Notes under the pieces: generated by a model
The model's database searches: none
What the model was told of the DNA's origin: nothing
Seen by the model: the letters and a program-made list of their open reading frames with translations, nothing else
Made by a program: the position numbers and the translations under genes
Shown here: piece by piece, positions 39,901 to 52,990 of the stretch
Position numbering within the stretch: the stretch's first letter is position 1
How the letters are laid out: each line of letters starts with the position of its first letter
NCBI GenBank assembly: GCA_964016885.1
Contig: OZ024752.1
Span: forward strand, 6,944,001-7,008,000
Source of the DNA: Eledone cirrhosa
Taxonomy: Eukaryota
Direction of reading: 5' to 3'
Length of the DNA: 64,000 nucleotides

Positions 39901-41108
39901 CTTTACCTCACATAATATCTCACATAACATTTACATTACTCTATATTTACTATTGTATTTTCACAGTAAGCGCTTTACCTCACATAATATCTCACATAAC
40001 ATTTACATTACTCTATATTTACTATTGTATTTTCACAGTAAGGGCTTTACCTCACATAATATCTCACATAACATTTACATTACTCTATATTTACTATTGT
40101 ATTTTCACAGTAAGGGCTTTACCTCACATAATATCTCACATAACATTTACATTACTCTATATTTACTATTGTATTTTCACAGTAAGCGCTTTACCTCACA
40201 TAATATCTCACATAACATTTACATTACTCTATATTTACTATTGTATTTTCACAGTAAGGGCTTTACCTCACATAATATCTCACATAACATTTACATTACT
40301 CTATATTTACTATTGTATTTTCACAGTAAGGGCTTTACCTCACATAATATCTCACATAACATTTACATTACTCTATATTTACTATTGTATTTTCACAGTA
40401 AGCGCTTTACCTCACATAATATCTCACATAACATTTACATTACTCTATATTTACTATTGTATTTTCACAGTAAGCGCTTTACCTCACATAATATCTCACA
40501 TAACATTTACATTACTCTATATATACTATTGTATTTTCACAGTAAAGGCTTTACCTCACATAATATCTCACATAACATTTACATTACTCTATATATACTA
40601 TTGTATTTTCACAGTAAGGGCTTTACCTCACATAATATCTCACATAACATTTACATTACTCTATATTTACTATTGTATTTTCACAGTAAAGGCTTTACCT
40701 CACATAATATCTCACATAACATTTACATTACTCTATATTTACTATTGTATTTTCACAGTAAGGGCTTTACCTCACATAATATCTCACATAACATTTACAT
40801 TACTCTATATTTACTATTGTATTTTCACAGTAAAGGCTTTACCTCACATAATATCTCACATAACATTTACATTACTCTATATTTACTATTGTATTTTCAC
40901 AGTAAAGGCTTTACCTCACATAATATCTCACATAACATTTACATTACTCTATATTTACTATTGTATTTTCACAGTAAGGGCTTTACCTCACATAATATCT
41001 CACATAACATTTACATTACTCTCTATATACTATTGTATTTTCACAGTAAGGGCTTTACCTCACATAATATCGAATCTATGAGATTTTGATATTTATTTTG
41101 AGAACAAT
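36914..41108 (+). repeat. 72-bp satellite expanded inside an M1 piggyBac MITE
   Basis: Begins with TTAACTCTTTACCATTTACATTAC (MITE left end) and exits into ATCGAATCTATGAGATTTTGAT..TTTATTTTGAGAACAAT (MITE interior). Confidence 0.95.
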
Positions 41109-41750
41109 GTGTATACTGGTCAAGATTGAACAGTGATTGCTCCACACGTATATTGGTTAAGATAGAAGCACCAGTGATTCCTACATGAATATATTGGTTA
41201 AGATTGAGGCACCAGTGCTCCGTATATTGGTTAAGATTGAAGTACCAATGCTCCATGTGTATAATGGTTGAGACTGAAGTATCAGAAATTGCTACATGTG
41301 TATATATTGGTTAAGATGGAAGCACAAGTGTTGCTCCATGAATCTCTTTTTCAACATATTTTACTGTATCGACCAAACTACTAATTACACGAAATTTCTA
41401 TAGATTGTGTAACTACACCAACATCAAAAATGGGCGCCAACTGCCAGCATCACCTTATATATTATGCAAATCTGTTGAATTCTGGTCAAAAATCGTTATA
41501 ATCAGCATTCAGCAGTTTTCATTACTTCTGCTCTTTGGTTATGCACCTGAGCATGTGAAATAGAATTAACCGTTCAATTACGATATTTCTTAGGAAAATA
41601 ACTGCCTCAGATTTTTTAAAATCATTTTAGTAATAATCAGAAATTTCTAAAGATTTATTAATATTATTTTCTTATTATTTAGCTGCTGTTTGGAACAAAG
41701 TTTCTTAAATAAGATGATGATGGAAAGTTTTATAGATATATATAAATACT

Positions 41751-44279
41751 TTCACCCTTTCATTACCATATTTCTAATGAAAGACACTGTCTATGTCTTT
41801 AACCCTTCCATTACCATATTTCTAATGAAAGACACTGTCTATGTCATTAACCCTTTCATTACCATATTTCTAATGAAAGACACTGCCTATGTCATTAACC
41901 CTTTCATTGCCATATTTCTAATGAAAGACACTGTCTATGTCTTTAACCCTTCCATTACCATATTTCTAATGAAAGACACTGCCTATGTCATTAACCCTTT
42001 CATTACCATATTTCTAATGAAAGACACTGTCTATGTCTTTAACCCTTCCATTACCATATTTCTAATGAAAGACACTGCCTATGTCATTAACCCTTTCATT
42101 ACCATATTTCTAATGAAAGACAGTCTATGTCATTAACCCTTTCATTACCATATTTCTAATGAAAGACACTGTCTCTATCATTAACCATTTCATTACTATA
42201 TTTCTAATGAAAGACACTGTCTATATCATTAACCCTTTCATTACCATATTTCTAATGAAAGACACTGTCTATGTCTTTAACCCTTTCATTACCATATTTC
42301 TAATGAAAAACACTGTCTATGTCATTAACCCTTCCATTACCATATTTCTAATGAAAGACACTGTCTATGTCATTAACCCTTCCATTACCATAATTCTAAT
42401 GAAAGACACTGTCTATGTCATTAACCCTTCCATTACCATATTTCTAATGAAAGACACTGTCTATGTCTTTAACCCTTCCATTACCATATTTCTAATGAAA
42501 GACACTGTCTATGTCTTTAACCCTTTCATTACCATATTTCTAATGAGAGACACTGTCTATGTCATTAACCCTTCCATTACCATAATTCTAATGAAAGACA
42601 CTGTCTATGTCATTAACCCTTCCATTACCATATTTCTAATGAAAGACACTGTCTATGTCTTTAACCCTTCCATTACCATATTTCTAATGAAAGACACTGT
42701 CTATGTCTTTAACCATTTCATTTCCATATTTCTAATGAAAGACACTGTTTATGTCATTAACCCTTCCATTACCATATTTCTAATGAAAGACACTGTCTAT
42801 GTCTTTAACCCTTCCATTACCATATTTCTAATGAAAGACACTGTCTATGTCATTAACCCTTTCATTACCATATTTCTAATGAAAGACACTGTCTATGTCA
42901 TTAACCCTTTCATTACCATATTTCTAATGAAAGACACTGTCTATGTCTTTAACCCTTTCATTACCATATTTCTAATGAGAGACACTGTCTATGTCATTAA
43001 CCCTTCCATTACCATAATTCTAATGAAAGACACTGTCTATGTCATTAACCCTTCCATTACCATATTTCTAATGAAAGACACTGTCTATGTCTTTAACCCT
43101 TCCATTACCATATTTCTAATGAAAGACACTGTCTATGTCTTTAACCATTTCATTTCCATATTTCTAATGAAAGACACTGTTTATGTCATTAACCCTTCCA
43201 TTACCATATTTCTAATGAAAGACACTGTCTATGTCTTTAACCCTTCCATTACCATATTTCTAATGAAAGACACTGTCTATGTCATTAACCCTTTCATTAC
43301 CATATTTCTAATGAGAGACACTATGTCATTAACCCTTTCATTACCATATTTCTAATGAAAGACACTGTCTATGTCATTAACCCTTCCATTACCATATTTC
43401 TAATGAAAGACACTGTCTATGTCATTAACCCTTCCATTACCATAATTCTAATGAAAGACACTACCTATGTCATTAACCCTTTCATTACCATATTTCTAAT
43501 GAAAGACACTGTCTATGTCTTTAACCCTTCCATTACCATATTTCTAATGAAAGACACTACCTATGTCATTAACCCTTTCATTACCATATTTCTAATGAAA
43601 GACACTGCCTATGTCATTAACCCTTCCATTACCATATTTCTAATGAAAGACACTGTCTATGTCATTAACCCTTTCATTACCATATTTCTAATGAAAGACA
43701 CTACCTATGTCATTAACCCTTTCATTACCATATTTCTAATGAAAGACACTGTCTATGTCATTAACCCTTTCATTACCATATTTCTAATGAAAGACACTGT
43801 CTATGTCTTTAACCCTTCCATTACCATATTTCTAATGAAAGACACTACCTATGTCATTAACCCTTTCATTACCATATTTCTAATGAAAGACACTGTCTAT
43901 GTCATTAACCCTTTCATTACCATATTTCTAATGAAAGACACTGTCTATGTCATTAACCCTTTCATTACCATATTTCTAATGAAAGACACTGTCTATGTCA
44001 TTAACCCTTTCATTACCATATTTCTAATGAAAGACACTGTCTATGTCATTAACCCTTTCATTACCATATTTCTAATGAAAGACACTGTCTATGTCTTTAA
44101 CCCTTCCATTACCATATTTCTAATGAAAGACACTACCTATGTCATTAACCCTTTCATTACCATATTTCTAATGAAAGACACTACCTATGTCATTAACCCT
44201 TCCATTACCATATTTCTAATGAAAGACCCTGTCTATGTCATTAACCCTTCCATTACCATATTTCTAATGAAAAACACTG
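41751..44279 (+). repeat. 48-bp satellite made of a piggyBac-like MITE end (family M2)
   Basis: Unit TTAACCCTTTCATTACCATATTTCTAATGAAAGACACTGTCTATGTCA; flanks match dispersed sequence at 50188-50340 and, inverted, at 36750-36915. Confidence 0.93.
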
Positions 44280-44308
44280 AATATTATTTTTAAATAATTT
44301 TGAAAATA

Positions 44309-44495
44309 CTTGTTTCTACTTTTGGCACAAGGCCAGAAATTACCCAGTGCATTACTGGTACTTTATTTTATCGACCCTGGAAGGATGAAAGGCAAAGTTA
44401 ACCTCGGCGGGATTGAACTCAGAATGGCAAGGGCCGTAACTATGTGTCAAAGCATGGTGTCCAACCCTCTACCGATACTGCCAATCCACCGCCCT
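44309..44495 (-). mobile_element. tRNA-derived SINE, family A
   Basis: Reverse complement of 622-803; 12-bp TSD ATTTTGAAAATA at 44297-44308 and 44496-44507. Confidence 0.92.
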
Positions 44496-44629
44496 ATTTT
44501 GAAAATAATGAAGAATTTGGAGGGATTTAGTAATACAACAAACTGTCATTTGTTGATAGTCAACTACAATATTAGTGAATACTATAAACATTAGATGTTG
44601 ACAATATAGAAAGTGGTGTTAACAGGGAC

Positions 44630-47600
44630 GGGAGAGAGTATGGGAGAGTGTGTTTGTGTGTGTCACTATATGTGTGAGAGTGTGTGTATGTGAGAGGGTG
44701 TGTGTGAGTGTATGAGAGAGTGTGTGTGAGAGTGTGTATGAGTGTGTGTGAGAGAGAGGGTGTGTGAGTGTGTGTGTGAGAGAGGGTGTGTGAGAGAGGT
44801 TGTGTGAGAGAGGGTGTGTGAGAGAGGGTGTGTGAGAGGGTGTGTGTGTGAGAGTGTGTGTGAGAGTGTGTGTGAGAGTGTGTGAGAGAGGGTGTGTGAG
44901 TGTGTGTGAGAGAGGGTGTGTGAGAGTGTGTGAGAGAGGGTGTGTGAGTGTGTGTGAGAGAGGGTGTGTGAGAGAGGGTGTGTGTGAGTGTATGAGAGAG
45001 GGTGTGTGTGAGGGTGTGTGTGAGTGTATGAGAGAGTGTGTGTGAGAGTGTGTGTGAGAGTGTGTGAGAGAGGGTGTGTGAGAGTGTGTGTGAGAGTGTA
45101 TGAGAGAGTGTGTGAGAGAGTGTATGAGAGAGTGTATGAGAGAGTGTGTGAGAGAGTGTGTGAGAGTGTATGAGAGAGTGTATGAGAGAGTGTATGAGAG
45201 AGTGTATGAGAGAGTGTATGAGAGAGTGTATGAGAGAGTGTATGAGAGAGTGTGTGAGAGAGTGTGTGAGAGAGTGTATGAGAGAGTGTATGAGAGAGTG
45301 TGTGAGAGAGTGTATGAGTGTGTGTGTGTGAGAGAGTGTGTGAGAGAGTGTATGAGAGAGTGTATGAGTGTGTGTGTGAGAGAGTGTATGAGAGTGTATG
45401 AGAGAGTGTGTGAGAGAGTGTATGAGTGTGTGTGTGAGAGAGTGTGTGTGTGTGTGTGAGTGTATGAGAGAGTGTGTGAGAGTGTATGAGAGAGTGTATG
45501 AGTGTGTGTGTGAGAGAGTGTATGAGAGAGTGTATGAGTGTGTGTGTGAGAGAGTGTATGAGAGAGTGTGTGAGTGTGTGTGTGAGAGAGTGTATGAGTG
45601 TGTGTGTGAGAGAGTGTGTGAGAGAGTGTATGAGAGAGTGTATGAGAGAGTGTATGAGTGTGTGTGTGAGAGAGTGTATGAGAGAGTGTATGAGTGTGTG
45701 TGTGAGAGAGTGTATGAGTGTGTGTGTGAGAGAGTGTATGAGTGTGTGTGTGAGAGAGTGTATGAGTGTGTGTGTGAGAGAGTGTATGAGAGAGTGTATG
45801 AGAGAGTGTATGAGTGTGTGTGTGAGAGAGTGTATGAGAGAGTATGAGAGAGTGTATGAGTGTGTGTGTGAGAGAGTGTATGAGAGAGTGTATGAGTGTG
45901 TGTGTGAGAGAGTGTATGAGAGAGTGTATGAGAGTGTATGAGTGTGTGTGTGAGAGAGTGTATGAGAGAGTGTATGAGAGAGTGTATGAGAGAGTGTGTG
46001 AGAGAGTGTATGAGTGTGTGTGTGAGAGAGTGTATGAGAGAGTGTATGAGAGAGTGTATGAGTGTGTGTGTGAGAGAGTGTATGAGAGAGTGTGTGAGAG
46101 TGTATGAGAGAGTGTGTGAGAGAGTGTATGAGAGAGTGTATGAGAGAGTGTGTGAGAGAGTGTATGAGAGAGTGTATGAGAGAGTGTGTGAGAGTGTATG
46201 AGTGTGTGTATGAGTGTGTGTGTGTGAGAGTGTATGAGAGAGTGTATGAGAGAGTGTATGAGTGTGTGTGTGAGAGAGTGTGTGTGTGAGAGAGTGTATG
46301 AGAGAGTGTATGAGAGAGTGTATGAGAGAGTGTATGAGAGAGTGTATGAGAGAGTGTATGAGAGAGTGTATGAGAGAGTGTGTGAGAGTGTATGAGTGTG
46401 TGTATGAGTGTGTGTGTGTGAGAGTGTATGAGAGAGTGTATGAGAGAGTGTATGAGAGAGTGTATGAGAGAGTGTATGAGAGAGTGTGTGTGTGAGAGAG
46501 TGTATGAGAGAGTGTATGAGAGAGTGTATGAGAGAGTGTGTGAGAGAGTGTGTGAGAGAGTGTGTGAGAGAGTGTGTGAGAGAGTGTGTGAGAGAGTGTG
46601 TGAGAGAGTGTGTGAGAGAGTGTGTGAGAGAGTGTGTGAGAGAGTGTGTGAGTGTGTGTGTGAGAGAGTGTATGAGAGAGTGTATGAGAGAGTGTATGAG
46701 AGAGTGTATGAGAGAGTGTATGAGAGAGTGTATGAGAGAGTGTATGAGAGAGTGTATGAGTGTGTGTGTGTGTGAGAGTGTGTGAGAGAGTGTATGAGAG
46801 AGTGTATGAGAGAGTGTATGAGTGTGTGTGTGAGAGAGTGTATGAGAGAGTGTATGAGAGAGTGTATGAGTGTGTGTGTGAGAGAGTGTATGAGAGAGTG
46901 TATGAGAGAGTGTGTGAGAGAGTGTATGAGAGAGTGTGTGAGAGTGTATGAGTGTGTGTATGAGTGTGTGTGTGTGAGAGTGTATGAGAGAGTGTGTGAG
47001 AGAGTGTGTGAGAGAGTGTATGAGAGAGTGTGTGAGAGAGTGTATGAGAGAGTGTATGAGAGAGTGTGTGAGAGAGTGTGTGAGAGAGTGTGTGAGAGAG
47101 TGTGTGAGAGAGTGTATGAGAGAGTGTATGAGAGAGTGTATGAGAGAGTGTATGAGAGTGTGTGAGAGAGTGTCTGAGAGAGTGTATGAGAGAGTGTGTG
47201 AGAGAGCGTGTGAGAGAGCGTGTGTGAGAGCGTGTGAGAGAGTGTGTGAGAGAGTGTGTGAGAGAGTGTGTGAGAGAGTGTATGAGAGAGTGTATGAGAG
47301 AGTGTATGAGAGAGTGTATGAGAGAGTGTATGAGAGAGTGTATGAGAGAGTGTATGAGAGAGTGTGTGAGAGAGTGTGTAAGAGAGTGTGTGAGAGAGTG
47401 TGTGAGAGAGTGTATGAGAGAGTGTGAGAGAGTGTATGAGAGAGTGTGTGAGAGAGTGTGTGAGAGAGTGTGTGAGAGAGTGTGTGAGAGAGTGTGTGAG
47501 AGAGTGTGTGAGAGAGTGTGTGAGAGAGTGTGTGAGAGAGTGTGTGAGAGAGTGTATGAGAGAGTGTATGAGAGAGTGTATGAGAGAGTGTGTGAGAGAG

Positions 47601-48274
47601 TGTGTGAGAGAGTGTATGAGAGAGTGTATGAGAGAGTGTGTGAGAGAGTGTGTGAGAGAGTGTGTGAGAGAGTGTATGAGAGAGTGTATGAGAGAGTGTG
47701 TGAGAGAGTGTATGAGAGAGTGTATGAGAGAGTGTGTGAGAGAGTGTATGAGAGAGTGTATGAGAGAGTGTGTGAGAGAGTGTGTGAGAGAGTGTGTGAG
47801 AGAGTGTGTGAGAGAGTGTATGAGAGAGTGTATGAGTGTGTGTATGAGAGAGTGTATGAGTGTGTGTGTGTGTGTGTGTGAGAGTGTGTGTGAGAGTGTG
47901 TGAGAGAGTGTGAGAGAGTGTGTGAGAGAGTGTGTGAGAGAGTGTATGAGAGAGTGTATAAGTGTGTGTGTGTGTGAGAGTGTATGAGAGTGTGTGTGTG
48001 TGAGAGTGTGTATAAGTGTGTATGTTTGTGTCAGTGTGTGTGTGTGTCAATGTGTGTATACATGTGTCAGTGTGTGTGTATATATATATATATATATGTA
48101 TGTATGTGTGTGTGTGGTGTGTATATATATATATGTGTGTCTGTGTGTGGTGTATATATATATATATGTATGTGTCTGTGTGTGTATATATATATATGTA
48201 TGTGTGTGGTGTGTATATATATATATATATATATATATGTATGCATGTATGTGTGTGTGTGTGTGTGGTGTGTC

Positions 48275-48311
<37 letters not shown>

Positions 48312-48312
48312 A
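44630..48312. repeat. GA/GT compound microsatellite, mostly 12-bp GAGAGAGTGT(A/G)T
   Basis: Direct inspection; the 1237-aa HTLS-repeat ORF is an artefact. Confidence 0.97.
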
Positions 48313-48316
48313 TATA

Positions 48317-48706
48317 TCATCATCATCATCATCGTTTAACGTCCATCTTCCACGCTAGCATGGGTCTGGACGGGAGTTGTCCCACTTGAGGCAAGATTGG
48401 TTGTCTTGCCCAGGACTGTCTGGCGGGTCTTCTACGGCTGGATGCCCTTCCTAACACCAACCACATTTACAGTGTGGACTGGGAGGTTTTTACCGTGTTA
48501 CCTACACGACCACATTACAGCGTGGACTGTGTGTTTTTTTGTCGTGACACCTACACGACCTCATTTGTTTCAGACTGGATGTTGTGACACCAACATAACT
48601 TTACATCGAAAGGGGTGGTGTGGATGGGGTGGGGGTAGGGGTAGTGGGAGGGGGTGTATATTTGATTAAGAGGTGTCTACTGACTGTAGGTTTGTACTTA
48701 GGCAAG
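48317..48706 (-). mobile_element. RTE-type LINE 3' UTR fragment
   Basis: Homologous to 1629-2015, with (CAT)n tail. Confidence 0.85.
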
Positions 48707-48880
48707 ATATATATATATATATATATTTCGTTTCTGAATTTGTTTAGCAAGATTCTTTGTCTGAAAATGTGTGTTGAAACCGATATTGTTATACTTTGGG
48801 AGGGTCATGTTGCCAATAAGAAACACACGCACCAGTTGCTTTCACTTATATATATATGTGTGTGTGTATCAGTATGTGTC

Positions 48881-48921
<41 letters not shown>

Positions 48922-48962
48922 GTATATGTCAGTGTATATATATATATATATATGCCAGTGTG

Positions 48963-48997
<35 letters not shown>

Positions 48998-50812
48998 GTC
49001 AGTATGTACATGTGTATGTGTCTATTATAAATCAGTAAAATCTTCCCCACTAGTATTGTCATTGACCTCATTGATTGATTCAGTAAACCATCAATGATTG
49101 ATTATGTTGTTGGCCATTTGTTGCAACAAAGCAATCTATGTAATGTTAACTGTCCTGTGAAGATAGTCTCTCTCTCTCTCTCTCTCTCTTGCACTCTCCC
49201 TCGCATGCTCTCTCTCTCTCTCTCTCTTGCACTCTCTCTCTCCCTCCCTCCCCTATCTCTATCTGTCTCTCTCCCCTATCTCTCTTCCTCTCCCCTATCT
49301 CTCCTCCATATTTCAGACAGGAATGAAGTGCTAAAATATTCAATTATACAACATTCATTAGCATTATGGACATTTCAGAACTGAAATGTGACATTTTCCA
49401 TCATCATCATCACAACCATCATCATCATTACCACTATCAATGCCATCACCATCACCACTATCATCACCATCACTACCACCACTATAACCACCATCATCAT
49501 CACCATCACTACCACCACTATAACCACCATCATCATCACCTCCACAAGATACGTTTTCAATTATGAAAGACTCATCCATATATACCAACCATACACACAG
49601 TGACAGACACATACTCTCATACACAGACACATACACACACTGACAGACACATACTCTCATACACAGACACACACACACACTGTGACAGACACATACACAC
49701 ACTGTGACAAACACATACTCTCATACACAGACACACACTGTGACAGACACACACACACTCATCTACAGACACATACACACATACACACTCATCTACAGAC
49801 ACACACACACACATCTACAGACACACACACACACATCTACAGACACACACACACTCATCTACACACACAGACGGTGACAGATATGTAATCACAGAGAACT
49901 TTGTCAGTAAAGTAATTATCTCTATATTACATGTATACATAATAAATAGCTGTTGTGTGTTGGTTATTTAGTTCATGTGGCTGTCATAAATACAGGAGTT
50001 TATTGTCCATGGGGCCCTAAACTTTTTATGAAGTCATCAGGGCCAGGCCAGGCTTTTACCTGCTGAGGCCCTAAACTAAATTTAAGGTCCTTCTCTAAAA
50101 AATATATAATTAGTTTTTATATTGATGTTAATGGTAAAGAATAAATTATATACATATCATCATCATCATCATCATCATCATCATTTTTACACTGTCTTTC
50201 ATTAGAAATCAGTTTGAAAATAATCAAGAATTTGGAAGGATTTAGTAATATATCTAACTAAATTATTACTAAAGCTGGTGTTTGGAACATAACTTACCAG
50301 AGATTCTTACATAAAATTATGATGGAAGAGTTTTAGATAAATAAATTGCTAACGTGGAAGATGGACATTAAATGAAGATGATGATGATGATGAAATACAA
50401 ACATCTTAAAACAGCTTTATATGATAAATAGATATAGGATGAGTTTTAGATAGTTTGGTATGAAAACAATTAAATAATCCGATTTAGTCAGACATAGTAT
50501 CAATGGTTTTAAGCCATCATAAAGATCAAGCTGAGTTGATGTCTAAGACTTTTATACAAACATCAATGGTTTTGTGAAACAACTCTGATTTACAAGATTT
50601 ACATGTCTAAAGAATTGGTATTCTCTTCAGCTTTTTCTTGCTCTATAATCACAAACTTTCTTTTCTCTCTCCTTCCATACACACAGACTTGTGTGTATAC
50701 AGATACATACAGATATACTTTTACATATACACACACAGATGCATGTATATCCAAACACATATATATATAGAGAGAAAACATACATACATTATATATATAT
50801 ATATACATATAT

Positions 50813-50982
50813 TGGTGGTGTATCGGCAGAGGGTCGGACGCCATGCTTTTCAGCATAGAGTTACGTCCCTTTACGGACTGAGTTCAAATCCCGCCGAGGT
50901 TAACTTCGCCTTTCATCCTTGATAAAATAAAGTACCAGTAATGTACTGGCTAATTGCTGGATTTGTGCCTAAAGTAGAAGCA

Positions 50983-50983
<1 letters not shown>
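50813..50983 (+). mobile_element. tRNA-derived SINE, family A
   Basis: B-box GAGTTCAAATCCC; homologous to 622-803. Confidence 0.85.
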
Positions 50984-51016
<33 letters not shown>

Positions 51017-51102
51017 TATATAGAGAAAACATACATATGTACATACATATATATATACACACACATACATCTAAATATATATACATACAAATACATACAT
51101 AT

Positions 51103-51177
<75 letters not shown>

Positions 51178-51243
51178 AATATCTACACACACACACATAT
51201 ATATATACATAAATATCTACACACACACACACACAATGTATAT

Positions 51244-51276
<33 letters not shown>

Positions 51277-51769
51277 TATAGATATATATATATTATAAAT
51301 TTTTAAGCTTGTTGAATCCCAACAAATTAAATATAACCTCTGCATATATATATATATATACATACATATACATACATATATATATATACATACATATACA
51401 TACATATATATATACATAAATATCTACACACATATATATATAACATGCCCAAACATACAATGTTATGTCTATCTCATGTCATCCTCTATCTCTCATGTCA
51501 CCATCTTCTATGTCACTTTATTCATCTCTATTGATTCATCAGAGACTCAATATTTTCAATATTTTTATCCACATTATCAATAAATCTTCATTCAAATACT
51601 GATCAATCATCCATCTCCCCACCCCCCCTCAATACCACCCACACCAACCCACCCACACATAATGATAGACAACTTTCTGTAACCAATAAAAAGATCCCAG
51701 ACTTATCTGGCCATCCATGTAGAAGTCTATATATTGAAGATGATTATGTATATATATATATATATATAT

Positions 51770-51967
51770 AGGAAAAAGTATGACCCCGACGGCAGAGCTC
51801 AAGCCGTTTCAACGGCTATTTCTGGACAAAAATAGTCCAGAAATAGCCGTCGAAACGGCTTGAGCTCTGCCGTCAGGGTCATACTTTTTCCTATTTCCCA
51901 CTCTACTACCCTAAGTATTGAGTACTCTTGTGCGTCCATTTGGTTCCTTTCCACAATTCCTTTGTTT
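51770..51967 (+). mobile_element. Family P fold-back short element
   Basis: About 58-bp inverted arms around 51828-51834, tail with TTGAGTACT, (TA)n flanks. Confidence 0.8.
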
Positions 51968-51993
51968 ATATATATATATATATATATATATAA

Positions 51994-52543
51994 TAAAGAT
52001 AGACGGTAGCCACGGAATAGGCAGACCTAGAAAAACATGGGACGAGCTGATAAACTCCGACCTCACACACTTACACCTCTCCAAGACAATGTCGCTGGAC
52101 CGAGACCTTTGGCGGTAGTCAGTAACAGAGAAGACCCGCCTTACCTAAATACATAGTAAAACCTACTACAGTCAGTAGGCATCTCTAACAAAATACACCC
52201 CCATCCCACACCCCCACCCCATCCACACCGCCCCCTTCTATGTAAAGTTATGTTGGTGCCACACCATCCAGGCCGAAACAAATGAGATTGTGTAGGTGTC
52301 ACGACAAAAAAACACACAGTCCACGCTGTAATGTGGCCGTGTAGGTAACACGGTAAAAACCTCCCAGCCCCACACTGTAAATGTGGTTGGTGTTAGGAAG
52401 GGCATCCAGCTGTAGAAAACCTGCCAGACAGTCCTATACGAGCAAGACAACCACTCTTGCCTCAAGCGGGAAAACCCCCGTCCAAACCCATGCAAGCGTG
52501 GAATATGGACGTTAAACGTTGATGATGATGATGATAATGATGA
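51994..52543 (+). mobile_element. 5'-truncated RTE-type LINE
   Basis: Encodes IKIDGSHGIGRPRKTWDELINSD, near-identical to the reverse complement of 1629-2163; (ATG)n tail. Confidence 0.9.
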
Positions 52544-52555
52544 TATATATATATA

Positions 52556-52733
52556 AAGATTCAGGACCCCGATGGCCGAGCTCCGGCCATTTGACAGCTA
52601 GATGTAGCTGTCGAAACGGCCAGAGCTCAGCTGTTGGGTGGACTGAATCTTTTCATGTTACCCACTCTACTACCCCAAGTATCGAGTACTCTGGTGAATA
52701 ATGGTCTAGCTGGGTTTTACCACATCCTATCTG

Positions 52734-52736
<3 letters not shown>
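52556..52736 (+). mobile_element. Family P fold-back short element (diverged)
   Basis: Inversion centred on GACAGCTA-GATG-TAGCTGTC; tail with CGAGTACT. Confidence 0.7.
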
Positions 52737-52776
<40 letters not shown>

Positions 52777-52990
52777 ATAGTGTAGGACAGAAAAAAGGAG
52801 AGACATAAAATAAGAAATCAGTCACTGAGGAGGTCACAGAATGTGTGACGAAAGAGCTTTGACAATATATGAACAACCGTCCAGTTATTAAACCAACCAA
52901 CCAGAAATTTGTAATAAATTGAATAGAAAACCAACAGGTGCATGTGTTTTTATTGGCAGCATGACCCTCCCAAAGTATAACAATATATAT

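Noticed and set aside
37751-44293. Long hydrophobic repeat ORFs (300-560 aa)
   Set aside because: 72-bp and 48-bp MITE-derived satellites; the frames are broken by indels.
44619-48332. 1237-aa His/Thr/Leu/Ser ORF and overlapping RECV/YERV ORFs
   Set aside because: Translation of a GA/GT microsatellite; no complexity or domain.
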